Shown piece after piece: positions 10,226-20,284 of a stretch of 54,293 nucleotides of DNA. This DNA is from an uncultured Deinococcaceae bacterium (GTDB lineage: Bacteria > Deinococcota > Deinococci > Deinococcales > Deinococcaceae). Positions within the stretch are counted from its first letter, which is position 1, and every line of letters starts with the position of its first letter. The translations under genes and the position numbers were made by a program. Under the pieces are notes generated by a model. The model did not search any database. It saw only the letters and a list, made by a program, of their open reading frames with translations, and was not told the DNA's origin. Location: positions 1-54,293 of the forward strand of contig CAXULY010000037.1 of NCBI GenBank assembly GCA_964252075.1. The letters are read 5' to 3'.

Positions 10226-11059
10226 TCAGTCGGCTTCGGTGAGGAAGCGGGGTTGGGGTGCCAGGCCCTGCTGGTCCAGCCACTCCAGCACCGCGAGCGC
10301 CACCTCGCGCCAGCCGTGATCGATCACCAGGCTGTGCCCGCGCCCCTCGAAGCGCTCCAAAGCCGTCACGGCGAGGGAATCGCGGTACAGCCGGAAGGCG
10401 GCGTTCGTGCCCACGTCGGGCGCGGTGTGGTCGGCCGTGCCGGAGATCAGCAGGAGTGGCCCGCGGCGGCTGTTGTGGGTGTTCACCTGGCTTTCCGCGT
10501 GCGGGTTGAAGTTCGCGGCGGCCACCTCGAACAGCGGGCGGGCGGGGGAGGGGATCGTCCAGCGGGCGTGCAGTGCGTCAGATTCCGCTTCGCTGAGGGC
10601 GTTGCCGAAGCTGTACCGGAAGTCCTTTGCGGTGAGCGCCACGGAGCGGTGGATGTTCGCGGGGTTCCCAAGCGCCGGGAGGCCCGCGCGCAGCTCCGAG
10701 AGGGGGAGGGGCAGCACGCCTTTAATGGAGGCGGGGTCAATGGCGACGCCGGCCGCCCCCACGTCCTCGCCGAGGAGCTTCTCGACGATCAGGCCGCCGA
10801 AGGAATGCCCGATCAGGATGGGGCGCATGGGAAGGCTGGCGGCGATCGCGCGGAAGTGCTCCACGAGCTCCTTGAGGGACTGGTTGGCGACGCGGTCGGG
10901 GTGGAGGCGGGCCTCCTCGACGGTGGCGGGCTCGTGCGGCCAGGCGGGGGCGAGGGCGGCGTAGCCGCGCGCCTCGAAGAGCTCCACCCAGGGCTGCCAG
11001 CTGGTGTGGTGCAGCCACAGGCCGTGAATGAACAACACCGGTGTCCGAGTTCCACTCAT
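10226..11059 (-). CDS. alpha/beta hydrolase (non-heme haloperoxidase-like)
   Basis: HGLWL, GHSFGG, DH and GRGH motifs; AAGGAG RBS. Confidence 0.88.
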   Translation of the reverse strand: MSGTRTPVLFIHGLWLHHTSWQPWVELFEARGYAALAPAWPHEPATVEEARLHPDRVANQSLKELVEHFRAIAASLPMRPILIGHSFGGLIVEKLLGEDVGAAGVAIDPASIKGVLPLPLSELRAGLPALGNPANIHRSVALTAKDFRYSFGNALSEAESDALHARWTIPSPARPLFEVAAANFNPHAESQVNTHNSRRGPLLLISGTADHTAPDVGTNAAFRLYRDSLAVTALERFEGRGHSLVIDHGWREVALAVLEWLDQQGLAPQPRFLTEAD

Positions 11060-11109
11060 GATTGACTCCTTTCGGGTCGCGGGCCGACCCGGTGCAGGGC
11101 GAGATGAAG

Positions 11110-11832
11110 TCATCGCAGCGCTTCGAGCGCTTTGAGGATGAAGACCGTGACGGTGTCCGGCTGGCTGAGCGCCACCGCATGCGACGCGTCCACCACGGTG
11201 GTGACGGCATGCATGGTGCGCGCGGCGGCGCGCTGCGCGTCCGGGTGGATGGCGTGATCCTGGGTGGTCACCAGAAACCATGCGGGCAGTGATAACCAGG
11301 CGGGTGGACCGCGCAGTGGCTCGTGCAGGGCCGTCGCCGCGAGTGGCCGCTGACTGACGGCCAGCACCGCCGCGCGGCTCGGCGAGAGGTCCGCAGCAAA
11401 CACCACCGGGAAGGCCTCTTGGCGGATGAAGAGCTCCTCTGGGCGTGCCTCGCCGGGCCGCGGGTACGGTCGCGCGTCGGTCCCGAGTGCCAGGGGCGGG
11501 GTGGGGTGACGCGCGGTGACATCCGCCATCGTTTCCCCTTCCGCCACCGCCACCGACGCGATGAACACCAACCCCACGGTGTTGCGTGCGCGCGCCCCGA
11601 CGTAGGTGATGACGGGGCCACCGTAATCGTGCCCGACCAGCAGGGTGGGGCGCCGCAGCTGGCAGACGGTGCCGGTGACGTACTCCCCATCGGACGTGAG
11701 TCCGCGCAGCGGGTTGGCTGCGGCGCACGCGTTCACTCCGGCGTGCTGCAGGCGGTCGATGACGGCGGCCCAACTGGAGCCGTCCGTGAATGCGCCATGG
11801 ACCAGCACGACCAGCGGAGCGGGTGCGTTCAT
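11110..11832 (-). CDS. alpha/beta hydrolase with GHDYGG nucleophile elbow
   Basis: HGAFTDGSSW, NPLRGL, GHDYGG, DASH; AAGGAGG RBS. Confidence 0.85.
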   Translation of the reverse strand: MNAPAPLVVLVHGAFTDGSSWAAVIDRLQHAGVNACAAANPLRGLTSDGEYVTGTVCQLRRPTLLVGHDYGGPVITYVGARARNTVGLVFIASVAVAEGETMADVTARHPTPPLALGTDARPYPRPGEARPEELFIRQEAFPVVFAADLSPSRAAVLAVSQRPLAATALHEPLRGPPAWLSLPAWFLVTTQDHAIHPDAQRAAARTMHAVTTVVDASHAVALSQPDTVTVFILKALEALR

Positions 11833-12119
11833 CCTGCGGCCTCCTTCGAGCAGGGAAGGTGTGGTATGCCTGCCCCGTTGATCCTGCGCGTACCACCGTG
11901 TCCAAGGCGTGTCACCTGGGTCTCGGCTCCCTGCGTCTTGAGGGGAGGAGCGTCGTGGGGACGCCCGGGCGTCCCCTGTGAAGCTGGACCGTGCGCCGCG
12001 CCTGAACGGGCGCCGTGGCCTGAAGCCGCTCGAGCAAGTCGGCGGCGCGGCCCCCGGGTCACAGGGCGGGACATGGTGCGAGGCGAACCTGTGGGTGGGG
12101 TGACGGTTTACGCTGAGCC

Positions 12120-13847
12120 ATGGAGCTCCGGGCGTTGGGGGGGCTGGAATGGCGCGGTGGGCACTTCACGCGGCGCAAGTCCCTGCTGCTGTTGTGCCAC
12201 CTGGCGCTGGAAGGCCCGAGGAGCCGGCATGACCTCGCCCGCCTGTTCTTTGATCAGGCGGAGGACCCTGCCAGCAGTTTGCGTACCACCCTCAAGCGCG
12301 TGCGGCGTGAGCTGCCCGGGGCGCTGGAGGGCGACGCCGATCCAGTCCGCGTCCGCGTGCGCTGCGACGCCCAGCTGCTCACCTTGCACTTGAACGCGGG
12401 ATTGTGGAATGACGCCGTCAGCCTGTATGCCGGAGCGTTCCTCGCGGACGTGACCGTGTCGGACCTGCACGAGGAGCTGGTCGGGTGGGCGCTCGCCACG
12501 CGAGAAAGGCTGGCGGCCCGCGTGCGCCTCGCCCTGCTGGCGCTGGCGGAAGACGAGGCGCGCCGGGGCGCCCTCCGGGCGGCGGCGGCGCTGACTGAGC
12601 GCGCCGCGTGGCTGCCGGGCGCGCCCGAGCCGGACGCGGCGCTGTTCAGACGGGTGGCGGTCCTGCTGCACGCGGGTGGAAGCCCGCAGGCTGAGCGGTG
12701 GCGGGCGCGGGCGGCCGAGCGGCGCGTGGACCTGAATGCGGAGGCGCTCGGTGTGCCGCTGGCACGTCGCCCCTCGATCCCGGCCCTTCCGGTGCGCGGC
12801 ACGGCTTTCGTCGGGCGGACGGTGGAGCGCGCGCAGCTGCTGGACGCCCTGGCCCGACCGGAGGTCCGGTTGCTGACGCTGGTCGGGCCGGGCGGCATCG
12901 GCAAGACGCGCCTGGCACTCATGGCGGCGCGCGATCAGCAGGCGCGGCAAGCGGTGGCGTTCGTGCCGCTGGAGGAACTCGGCGCGCCGGCGGACGTCCC
13001 GGCGGCCGTCGCAGCGGCGCTGGACGCGGTCCTCCCACCGGGCGTACCGCCCCTGGACGCGCTCGCAGCGCACCTTGGCGGGGCGCCCCTGCTCTTGGTG
13101 CTGGACGGCGCGGAGCGCCTCGTGACGGACATGCAGACGGTGCTGTCGCTGCTGCGCCGCTGCCCGGCGCTGACGGTGCTGGTCACGTCGCGCGAACGGC
13201 TGTCGCTGCCAGGCGAATGGGTGCTCAGCGTGGATGGCCTGACTGTGCCCTCCACGACCGCGTCCGTGGAGGAGGCGTTGCGGACAGAAGCGGTGCAGCT
13301 CTTTACCCGCCGGGCCAGCCGCGCGGACCTCACGTTCACCCTGACGCCCGACAACCTCGCGGCGGTGCAGGCCATCTGCGCGCTGGTGGGTGGGTCGCCG
13401 CTGGCGCTGGAACTCGCGGCCGCCTGGGCGCGCCTCATGCCCTGCACGGACATCGAAGCGGAGGTGCGGCGCAGCCTGGATTTCCTGCAGGTGACGGGCG
13501 CGGCGGGCTCCGCTCGGCACGCCAGCGTGCGCGCCGTCTTCCAGCAGGGCTGGGTGCGGCTGTCGTCGAAGGAGCAGCGCGTCCTGAGTCGGCTGTCGGT
13601 CTTTCAGGGTGCCTTCTCGCGCGAGGCGGCGCAGCGGGTGTCGGGGGACGACGGTGCGGCACTGGACGCGCTGGAGCGCCAGTCGCTGCTCCGCGTGACG
13701 TCAGGGGGTCAGTTCGACCTGCACGTGCTGATCCGGCAGTTCGTGCGGGAGCGGCTGGCCGAGGACCCAGGGGAACTGCGGGCGGCGACCGCCGCGCATG
13801 TCGCGTACGTTCAGGGCGCGTGGCGCGCCCAGCACGGTGGTTCGTGA
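12120..13847 (+). CDS. AfsR-like STAND regulator (HTH/BTAD-like + NB-ARC) lacking C-terminal TPRs
   Basis: Walker A GPGGIGKT, LVLDGAE, VTSRE, GSPLALELAA; TACGCT -10 box 5 nt before ATG. Confidence 0.87.
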   Translation: MELRALGGLEWRGGHFTRRKSLLLLCHLALEGPRSRHDLARLFFDQAEDPASSLRTTLKRVRRELPGALEGDADPVRVRVRCDAQLLTLHLNAGLWNDAVSLYAGAFLADVTVSDLHEELVGWALATRERLAARVRLALLALAEDEARRGALRAAAALTERAAWLPGAPEPDAALFRRVAVLLHAGGSPQAERWRARAAERRVDLNAEALGVPLARRPSIPALPVRGTAFVGRTVERAQLLDALARPEVRLLTLVGPGGIGKTRLALMAARDQQARQAVAFVPLEELGAPADVPAAVAAALDAVLPPGVPPLDALAAHLGGAPLLLVLDGAERLVTDMQTVLSLLRRCPALTVLVTSRERLSLPGEWVLSVDGLTVPSTTASVEEALRTEAVQLFTRRASRADLTFTLTPDNLAAVQAICALVGGSPLALELAAAWARLMPCTDIEAEVRRSLDFLQVTGAAGSARHASVRAVFQQGWVRLSSKEQRVLSRLSVFQGAFSREAAQRVSGDDGAALDALERQSLLRVTSGGQFDLHVLIRQFVRERLAEDPGELRAATAAHVAYVQGAWRAQHGGS

Positions 13848-13915
13848 GGCTCAACGGTCCGGGCGGAACCGCCTCGGCGGTCGGCGCGGGCCCAAGCTTG
13901 GATCGTGAGGGCGCT

Positions 13916-14341
13916 TTATGGTTCAGCGGTCGAGGCCATGGGTTCACGGTGGAGCGGCTCACCCCCGGCTGGCGCCGCACACCTGGCCGGCAGCGCGCTC
14001 GCCTGATCATCGCGGTGCCCACGGTGCTGACGGTGGGCGAGCCGCACCAGCCGCGCCGCCAGCGTCGCGTCACGGGCGCGGTCGAGGGTCAGCGTCACCC
14101 AGGGCAGGCTCGGGTCATCGTGGTGGGGGCGGGCGAGTCCTCGGCGGACGAGTTGGTCGCGCGCGTCCGGGAGGCGCGCCACGCCGATCACGCCGCTTGG
14201 GTGCAGGTGCGCGATGAGCGTGTCGTGCACGAACACGCCCTCACGGCCGTGCGCGTACCCGCGGATGCACGCGTCGGGCAGGGTGTCGACGAGGTGTCAG
14301 AGGGCGTCGAGGGCCCCATGGCAGCGTTCCTGTGGGGTCAT
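13916..14341 (-). pseudogene. luciferase-domain-like small protein with in-frame TGA
   Basis: ATG 14341 coupled to the upstream stop (ATGA); TGA at 14297-14299; AHLH...GLARPHH...WVT motif. Confidence 0.55.
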
Positions 14342-14871
14342 GGTTGCGTCCCGTTCGCTCCGGAGCCTCCACGCCCGGGTCGCAGCGTGTGCGGGGCGTG
14401 AGGGTCGATGTCTTGGATGTCGCACAGCCGCCAAAGCCCGCCGCTCGGCGTCACCTCAGGCGCCGCGAAGAACGACGGGTAGTGCAGCTGCAGCCACGCC
14501 CATCCGGTGGTCACCTGCAGGGCGTTCACGAAGGTCAGCAGGTGACCCGCGACGGGCGCGAAGCGGTCCGCAGGCAGAGGGGTGAGTGCGGCGATCCAGG
14601 CGTCGGCGGTGCTCGGGCGCCCCTGGCGCTCGCGCACGCACGCCAGGCCCACCTCATGACCGGACGGGGTGGACAGCAGCAGCAGGGCCGCGCCAGGCGC
14701 GCAGAGCTGCGTGAGCCACTGCGCACCGGGGCTGGCCGGCTCCAGCGTCAGGTACACCCGGGCGTGAACGCGGGCCACCAGCCACAGGTCATCGCTGCGG
14801 CCCACTTGGACGCGCCATGATGCGTGCGGTGGTTCGTCCGGCCAGACGCAGGGGCCGTCTGGGCTTCCCAT
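14338..14871 (-). CDS. hypothetical protein
   Basis: ORF with coding-like bias, coupled to the downstream gene; start uncertain. Confidence 0.5.
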   Translation of the reverse strand: MGSPDGPCVWPDEPPHASWRVQVGRSDDLWLVARVHARVYLTLEPASPGAQWLTQLCAPGAALLLLSTPSGHEVGLACVRERQGRPSTADAWIAALTPLPADRFAPVAGHLLTFVNALQVTTGWAWLQLHYPSFFAAPEVTPSGGLWRLCDIQDIDPHAPHTLRPGRGGSGANGTQP

Positions 14872-15126
14872 TGAGGGGCGTGGGCAGGTGGGCGTCGCCC
14901 CGGCGCGTGAACGGGTGAATGTAAACATCTCCGACCTCCTTCTGCGCATGGGCGAATCACAGGGCAGGCGCGCAATGGGCACCGCCGAGCACGACGTGTG
15001 ACCACCAGCCCCTGAACGCGTGAAATCAAGGTGCGCTGGGTGGCGTGTCCAGGCCGTGTCTGGCGGTCTATGGAGGCCCGCGCCCGCAGGTGCGCGAACG
15101 TCAACCCCTGCCGCGCGGGCGGCCTT

Positions 15127-17877
15127 TCAGGTAGCCGGATCCGGTGGCCGCACGACGTCGAAGTTGGGGGCCAGGCCGTCATGTTCGCCTTCGTGACTCA
15201 CCTCCAGCGCATAAACCACCGCCTGCGCCTGCGTCATGGCCGCGCCCTGCGCCCACAGGGCCGCGAAGGCTTCCGGGGGCAGTTCGGCGCGCAGCGCCTC
15301 GGTGGCCCGCTCGATCATCACACCCTCGGAGCCGGTGACCGCCACGCCGGTGGCGTCCCGCTGCGCCTGCACCGCCCCCAGCAGGACAGCCGCCGGCTGC
15401 AATCGGTGTTCCGCCTGCGCGACGAGCGCCAACCCCTCCAGCGTGTCCGGGACGATGGAGTAAACCCCGCGGTCCGTGAAGCCATGCAGGGCGCGCATCA
15501 GCCACACTTTGGCCTCGCGGTGATTCGCCAGGAGCAGGTGCACGTGACCGATGTTGACCATGGCCGTTTCGACGTCGTGGCCGAGCTGCCGCTTGAGGTC
15601 CAGCGCCTCCATGAACATGTTCTGCGCGCCCTGAAGGTCATTCAGGTCGACCGAAATGTTCCCCAGGTTGATCAGGGCGGCGGCCACGCCCTGCCGCTGC
15701 CCAGACGCGTGGAACGCGTCGCGCGCGCGCGTGAACGTGCCCCGGGCCGCCTGGAGGTGTCCGGCGTCGCGCTGCGCGATGCCCAGGTGCAGCCAGTTCA
15801 ACGGCGCCGCCGCGCCCCGCTCTTCAGCCATGTCGAGCGCGGCGCGCAGTTGCTGCTGTGCGCCCACATGGTCCCTCAGGTGCATGGCCATCTCGCCGTC
15901 CACCCCGAGTGCCTGCTCGAGGAGCTCAGGGTCCAGTTGGTCCGGCTGCCCGAAGGCCAGCGCGAACCAGCGTCGGGCCTCGCGAAGCCGCCCCGCTCGA
16001 ACCCAGTAGTTGCGCAGCAACATGACGCACCGCAGCAAGGTGGGCATCTCGCCGCGCCGCGCCCAGCGCGTCAGCGCCGCCCGGATGTTGTCGAGGTCCT
16101 GGTGCACCAGCGTGAACCAGCGTTTCTCATGGTCCTGCTGCTGGAACGCCGCGTGCGCCCGCTCAGCCACCGTGAGGGCCTCCCGCCCATGCGCGTCCAG
16201 CGCTGCCGTTTCCACGTCGGCCTGCCGGGCGAGCCGTTCTCGCGCGAACTGCAGCAGCAGCACGTGCACGGCAAAGCGGGTGGGTTCCGCGCGAATCAGG
16301 GATTTGTCCGCCAGTCGAGCGAGCGTCATCAAGGTCGCGTCCGCCACCGCGCCCGCCGACTCCCGCGTGAAGCCCCCACGGAAGACCGACAGGCGCGCCA
16401 GCACCAGTTGCTCGCCGGGGGTCAGGCGCGCCCAGGTCTGATCGAACACCGCCCGCATGCTGTGGTGCTTCTCGGGCACTTCCGGGTCGCTGGCGCGCAG
16501 AAAATCCAGGCCACCCTCGATGCTGGACGCGATGTCGCCGGGGGTCAGGTCGGCCGTCCAGGCGGCGGCCAGCTCTAAGCCCAGCGGTGAGCCGCCCACC
16601 AAATCCACGATGCGCACCACCGCGGGCGCGTCCTGCGCACTGAGGGTAAAGTCCGGGCGCGCGCGCCGGGCGCGTTGGGTGAACAGCTGCACCGCGTCCG
16701 CGTCGAGGGCGCTTCGGGCGGACGCGTCTGGCGCGGGACCGCTGAGCCCGTGAATGGTCAGGACCCACTCCTCATCCACGGAGAGGCGTTCGCGGGACGT
16801 GACGAGGGCCGTGATGCCAGGACACGCCTGCAGCAGCCTCGACACCAGCGGCGCCAGGGACGGCAGGTGCTCCACGCTGTCCAGAATCAGCAGGCGCGGC
16901 GCGTCCCCGAGGGCGTCGAGCAGGTCACTCCAGCTCCATTGGTGGGCGGGCAGGGTGACGCCCACCGCCGCGGCGATCGCGGTGGGCAGGTCCTGCAGGG
17001 ACGTGATCGCTTCGAGGGACGCGAACGCAACCGGTCCGTGGGCGGACCGCTCACGCGCGACTTCCAACGCGAGGCGCGTCTTGCCGATGCCGCCTGGTCC
17101 CACCAGGGTCAGCAGCCGCACCTCGGGGCTCGCGAGGGCCCTCGTGATGTCCGCGCGTTCCGCGTCACGCCCCACGAAGGACGTGGTTCGGGCCGGCGGC
17201 CCCCACGGGCTTGTCGTAAATCCACGCTGCAGGGCGCGCCGCGCGTCCTCGGACGGCCCGCGCACGTCAATGCCGTACTCGCGCGCCTCGCGCGCCAGGC
17301 GACCGAGGAGGGGGCTCTCGCCGGCACTGAGCAGCTCGGCGAGGCGCGTGAACTCCTCGGGTTCCGGATCGGGCGCGCCGTCCAGCCACGCGGCGCGCTC
17401 CGCCAGGGTCGCGGCGGCCGCGAACGCGCCGCGCGCCGCCTCGCCGTCTGCCAGGGTCATGAAGGCCGTGCGGACGCGGGTCGCGAGGTGCTCGCGCATG
17501 GCGTACACCCACTCCTCGAGGGCCACGCTGGCGTCTGTGAGCGGCGCGCCCGCCAGGAAGGGCCCCGTGTACAGCCGCACGCCCGGTCGAAGTTCATGCG
17601 CATCGAGGTGCGCGAGGAGCAGCTGGGCGTCGCACGTCACGTGCGCGCGCAGGAGGTTCCCGTCGTCCGTGAGGCCATCAGGGAGCTCGCGCCGCAGGCG
17701 GGCGAGGGTGGTGCGCAGGCTGCCCATCGGGTCCCGGGCGCGCGCGAAGAGCACCTCGCTGAGGTGGTGGCGGTCCCGCGGGCCCTCCAGGGCGAGGTAG
17801 GTGAGCAGCAGCAGGGGTTTCGGGCGTGTGAAGGTGCCGCCTTGAAGGTCCAGGGTGCCCAGGGTCCGCAGGTGCAT
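15127..17877 (-). CDS. AfsR-like STAND regulator (HTH/BTAD-like + NB-ARC + TPR)
   Basis: paralogue of 12120; GPGGIGKT, LILDSVEH, GSPLGLELAA, C-terminal TPR helices. Confidence 0.9.
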   Translation of the reverse strand: MHLRTLGTLDLQGGTFTRPKPLLLLTYLALEGPRDRHHLSEVLFARARDPMGSLRTTLARLRRELPDGLTDDGNLLRAHVTCDAQLLLAHLDAHELRPGVRLYTGPFLAGAPLTDASVALEEWVYAMREHLATRVRTAFMTLADGEAARGAFAAAATLAERAAWLDGAPDPEPEEFTRLAELLSAGESPLLGRLAREAREYGIDVRGPSEDARRALQRGFTTSPWGPPARTTSFVGRDAERADITRALASPEVRLLTLVGPGGIGKTRLALEVARERSAHGPVAFASLEAITSLQDLPTAIAAAVGVTLPAHQWSWSDLLDALGDAPRLLILDSVEHLPSLAPLVSRLLQACPGITALVTSRERLSVDEEWVLTIHGLSGPAPDASARSALDADAVQLFTQRARRARPDFTLSAQDAPAVVRIVDLVGGSPLGLELAAAWTADLTPGDIASSIEGGLDFLRASDPEVPEKHHSMRAVFDQTWARLTPGEQLVLARLSVFRGGFTRESAGAVADATLMTLARLADKSLIRAEPTRFAVHVLLLQFARERLARQADVETAALDAHGREALTVAERAHAAFQQQDHEKRWFTLVHQDLDNIRAALTRWARRGEMPTLLRCVMLLRNYWVRAGRLREARRWFALAFGQPDQLDPELLEQALGVDGEMAMHLRDHVGAQQQLRAALDMAEERGAAAPLNWLHLGIAQRDAGHLQAARGTFTRARDAFHASGQRQGVAAALINLGNISVDLNDLQGAQNMFMEALDLKRQLGHDVETAMVNIGHVHLLLANHREAKVWLMRALHGFTDRGVYSIVPDTLEGLALVAQAEHRLQPAAVLLGAVQAQRDATGVAVTGSEGVMIERATEALRAELPPEAFAALWAQGAAMTQAQAVVYALEVSHEGEHDGLAPNFDVVRPPDPAT

Positions 17878-18216
17878 CACATCAACCTCGTCGCGGCCTC
17901 CCGGGGAGACACGGCGCGGACACGGTCCCCGCTGGAGGATGGAACAGCGAATCGACCTTGAGAACAGGAGGGCCGTCAACGGGACCGCAAGGTGGGAAAG
18001 GGCGTCGCTAGGTCGGTCTCCCGTCAGTGAAGCACAGCGCGCGCCAAGGGGGAAGCACCCGCATGGACAGGTGAGGTGGAGGGTGGAATGCGCCACGCCC
18101 GCCGACGACGTTCGCCTGACGATCACCCGCTGGGAAGGGCGTGTGGTGCCCACCCCGAAGGCGCGCGACGCCTGCAGGTGTCAGCGGTCAACCGCCAGCA
18201 ACCGAGGAGGACCCTC

Positions 18217-18288
18217 ATGTTCAAGACCATCGTTCACGTGCCCCACAGCCAGGCACGCCGCGTTCCCGGGGACGGTGAAGCGCAGTGA
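18217..18288 (+). CDS. 23-aa peptide or gene remnant coupled to the FMN reductase
   Basis: GAGGAGG RBS, ATG 18217, GTGA overlap with the next start. Confidence 0.45.
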   Translation: MFKTIVHVPHSQARRVPGDGEAQ

Positions 18289-18887
18289 GTGGCGCCGAAC
18301 TTACCCCCCTGCACGTGGTGGGGATCGCCGGGAGCCTCCGCCGCGCCTCGTACAACCGGGCGCTGCTCCGAGCGGCGGTGGAGTTGGCGCCCGACACCCT
18401 TCGCCTCACGGTGGTGGATCTGGCGCCGCTGCCGCTGTACAACCAAGACGAGGACGGGGAAGCGCCGCCGGAAACGGTGCGGCGCTGGCGCGCTGCCCTG
18501 TGGGCGGCGGACGCCCTGTTGATCGCCACGCCGGAATACAACCACGGGGTACCCGGCGTGCTCAAGAATGCCCTGGATTGGGCGTCGCGCCCGCCCCAAC
18601 ACCAGCCGCTCAACGGCCTGCCCGTCGCGCTGATGGGCGCCACGGCGTCCACCTGGGGAACGGCGCGCGGTCAGGCCCAGCTGCGGCAGACGTTCGTGTA
18701 CCCGAACGCGCTGGTGCTCGGTCAGCCGGAAGTGCTTGTCGCGCGCGCCCCGGCGCGGTTCGATCCGGATGGGCGGTTGATTGACCCTCCAACGCGCGGC
18801 TTCGTGCGGGATCTGCTGGTGGCCTTGGAACGGTGGGCGCGTCAGGTGGGTCGTGGGGCCTCCACCCACGACGAGGCGTCCTCATGA
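18285..18887 (+). CDS. NADPH-dependent FMN reductase (ChrR/SsuE-like)
   Basis: GSLRRASYN, TPEYNHGVPGVLKNALDWASR. Confidence 0.93.
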   Translation: MSGAELTPLHVVGIAGSLRRASYNRALLRAAVELAPDTLRLTVVDLAPLPLYNQDEDGEAPPETVRRWRAALWAADALLIATPEYNHGVPGVLKNALDWASRPPQHQPLNGLPVALMGATASTWGTARGQAQLRQTFVYPNALVLGQPEVLVARAPARFDPDGRLIDPPTRGFVRDLLVALERWARQVGRGASTHDEASS

Positions 18888-19047
18888 GTGGCCGACGAGA
18901 TTAGCTCGATCGCGGCACAAATATCCGGCGCGCGTAACGTCCGCGCAATTCGAGGCGCCCAGGAAAGGGACGGTCGATGCCGTCCGTAGCCGTCATGGTT
19001 CGCACGCCGCGCCAAATGGCCAGGGCGCCAACCACGGTTACCGCCGC

Positions 19048-19335
19048 ATGATCCGCGAGCTGACCGCCATGGAGCTGTGGCCCAAAGGCGCCACACCAAA
19101 GGACTTCGTCGGCGTGGTCCCTGCGTCAGACCTGCGGGATTGGCATAGGAGCCGGTGGTTCATCGACGACGGAGAGCAGCTGGCCCTGGTCGTGCGCAGC
19201 CCAGTGCGCCTGCAGGACCCCGTGTCATGCACCGGCGGCCAGGGGTTCTCGACGGTACCCGCGGACGTCGAGGCGCGCGTGGCGCAGCGGCTGCGCGGGC
19301 AGCTGGCGGCACCGTGTCACTCCGCATTGTGTTGA
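19048..19335 (+). CDS. ASCH-like domain protein, possibly 5'-truncated
   Basis: RWFIDDGEQLALVVRSPVRLQDPVSCTGGQGF. Confidence 0.45.
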   Translation: MIRELTAMELWPKGATPKDFVGVVPASDLRDWHRSRWFIDDGEQLALVVRSPVRLQDPVSCTGGQGFSTVPADVEARVAQRLRGQLAAPCHSALC

Positions 19336-19598
19336 CGCGACATCAGGCCAATGGAAGCGGTCCATGGAGAACCACCGTGGTTGCTCGCTGTGCCGTGAAA
19401 AATCACCGATGCGCAGCAGTCCAGTTCCTTTTGACTGCGGCCCCAACGCCGAGGACATGGCGCCATTCATGAAACGTCCCACCCACATCGTTCAGTCGTG
19501 TGGAGGCGCGCTGAGCGTCATCCCGAATCCGCAGTGGTGAGGAGCGGTCGTGCCTGAATCCGGAGGTCCGCCCGATGTGCCGTGAGTCACAAGAGGCG

Positions 19599-19633
19599 AA
19601 GCCCACCAACGTTCAAGGCGCGTTGGTGGGCTT
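19599..19633. terminator. 13-bp perfect hairpin
   Basis: AAGCCCACCAACG-N9-CGTTGGTGGGCTT. Confidence 0.45.
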
Positions 19634-19670
19634 ATCAGGTTGAGCGTCGCGATACCCGCCACACTGCACC

Positions 19671-19880
19671 ATGCGGCTCGATCCGAGCATTGTGGTGAAG
19701 GCGGAGCGGACGCAGGCGGATTCGGGCGAACTGACCGTCCTGTGCCGCGTGGATCTGCCCGCACCGCACGTGGGGGATGAGGTGCAGGTGGGGGAGCGCG
19801 TGTACCGCATGGCGCGCCAGGTGTGGCTCGCCGCCCCGAGCCTCGGCGCCTTCATGGCGTTGGTGCAGGGCGACCGGTGA
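19671..19880 (+). CDS. small hypothetical protein
   Basis: CACACT -10-like box 5 nt before ATG; coding-like bias. Confidence 0.55.
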   Translation: MRLDPSIVVKAERTQADSGELTVLCRVDLPAPHVGDEVQVGERVYRMARQVWLAAPSLGAFMALVQGDR

Positions 19881-20284
19881 CGCAGATGCAGTGCTGCGGA
19901 GCCGACCCGTTCGCGATGCACGGGGAGTGACCCCTGGAAGGTACGATGGGGAGGCAGAACACGCACCCCAATCGGCACCACCGGTCGAGTGGCTGAGACG
20001 CGGGGCCGCTCCACCTGCGCCGCGCCCGGGTCGCCCAGCGCTTCGCCGCCTGCCTGCCCGTCAGCCGGGGCGGCGCCAAGGTGCGCCTCCTGGCCGCCGA
20101 CAACATTGACGTCGCGGAGGAGGTGCTCGACGTACTCACCCGCACGCCAGTGCGGCGCCCGCTGGTCCTCCTCTGACCCCTCCCCTCCCCCACCGCCCCG
20201 GCCATGCGTCGGGCCTTTCTTGATTCAGAGACCGCTCATGACCCGCCTACCGCCCGCGGCGGCCACGCAGCGACCCCTGGCTGG

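Noticed and set aside
11060..11905. N-terminal extension making a 559-aa hydrolase
   Set aside because: It overlaps the real 11110-11832 gene in another frame; the RBS supports a start at 11059
14297..14299. Selenocysteine or programmed readthrough at in-frame TGA codons (also 39519)
   Set aside because: No SECIS or Cys-equivalent context; the paralogue shows TGG at 39519, so nonsense mutation is simpler; a CTA tRNA cannot read TGA
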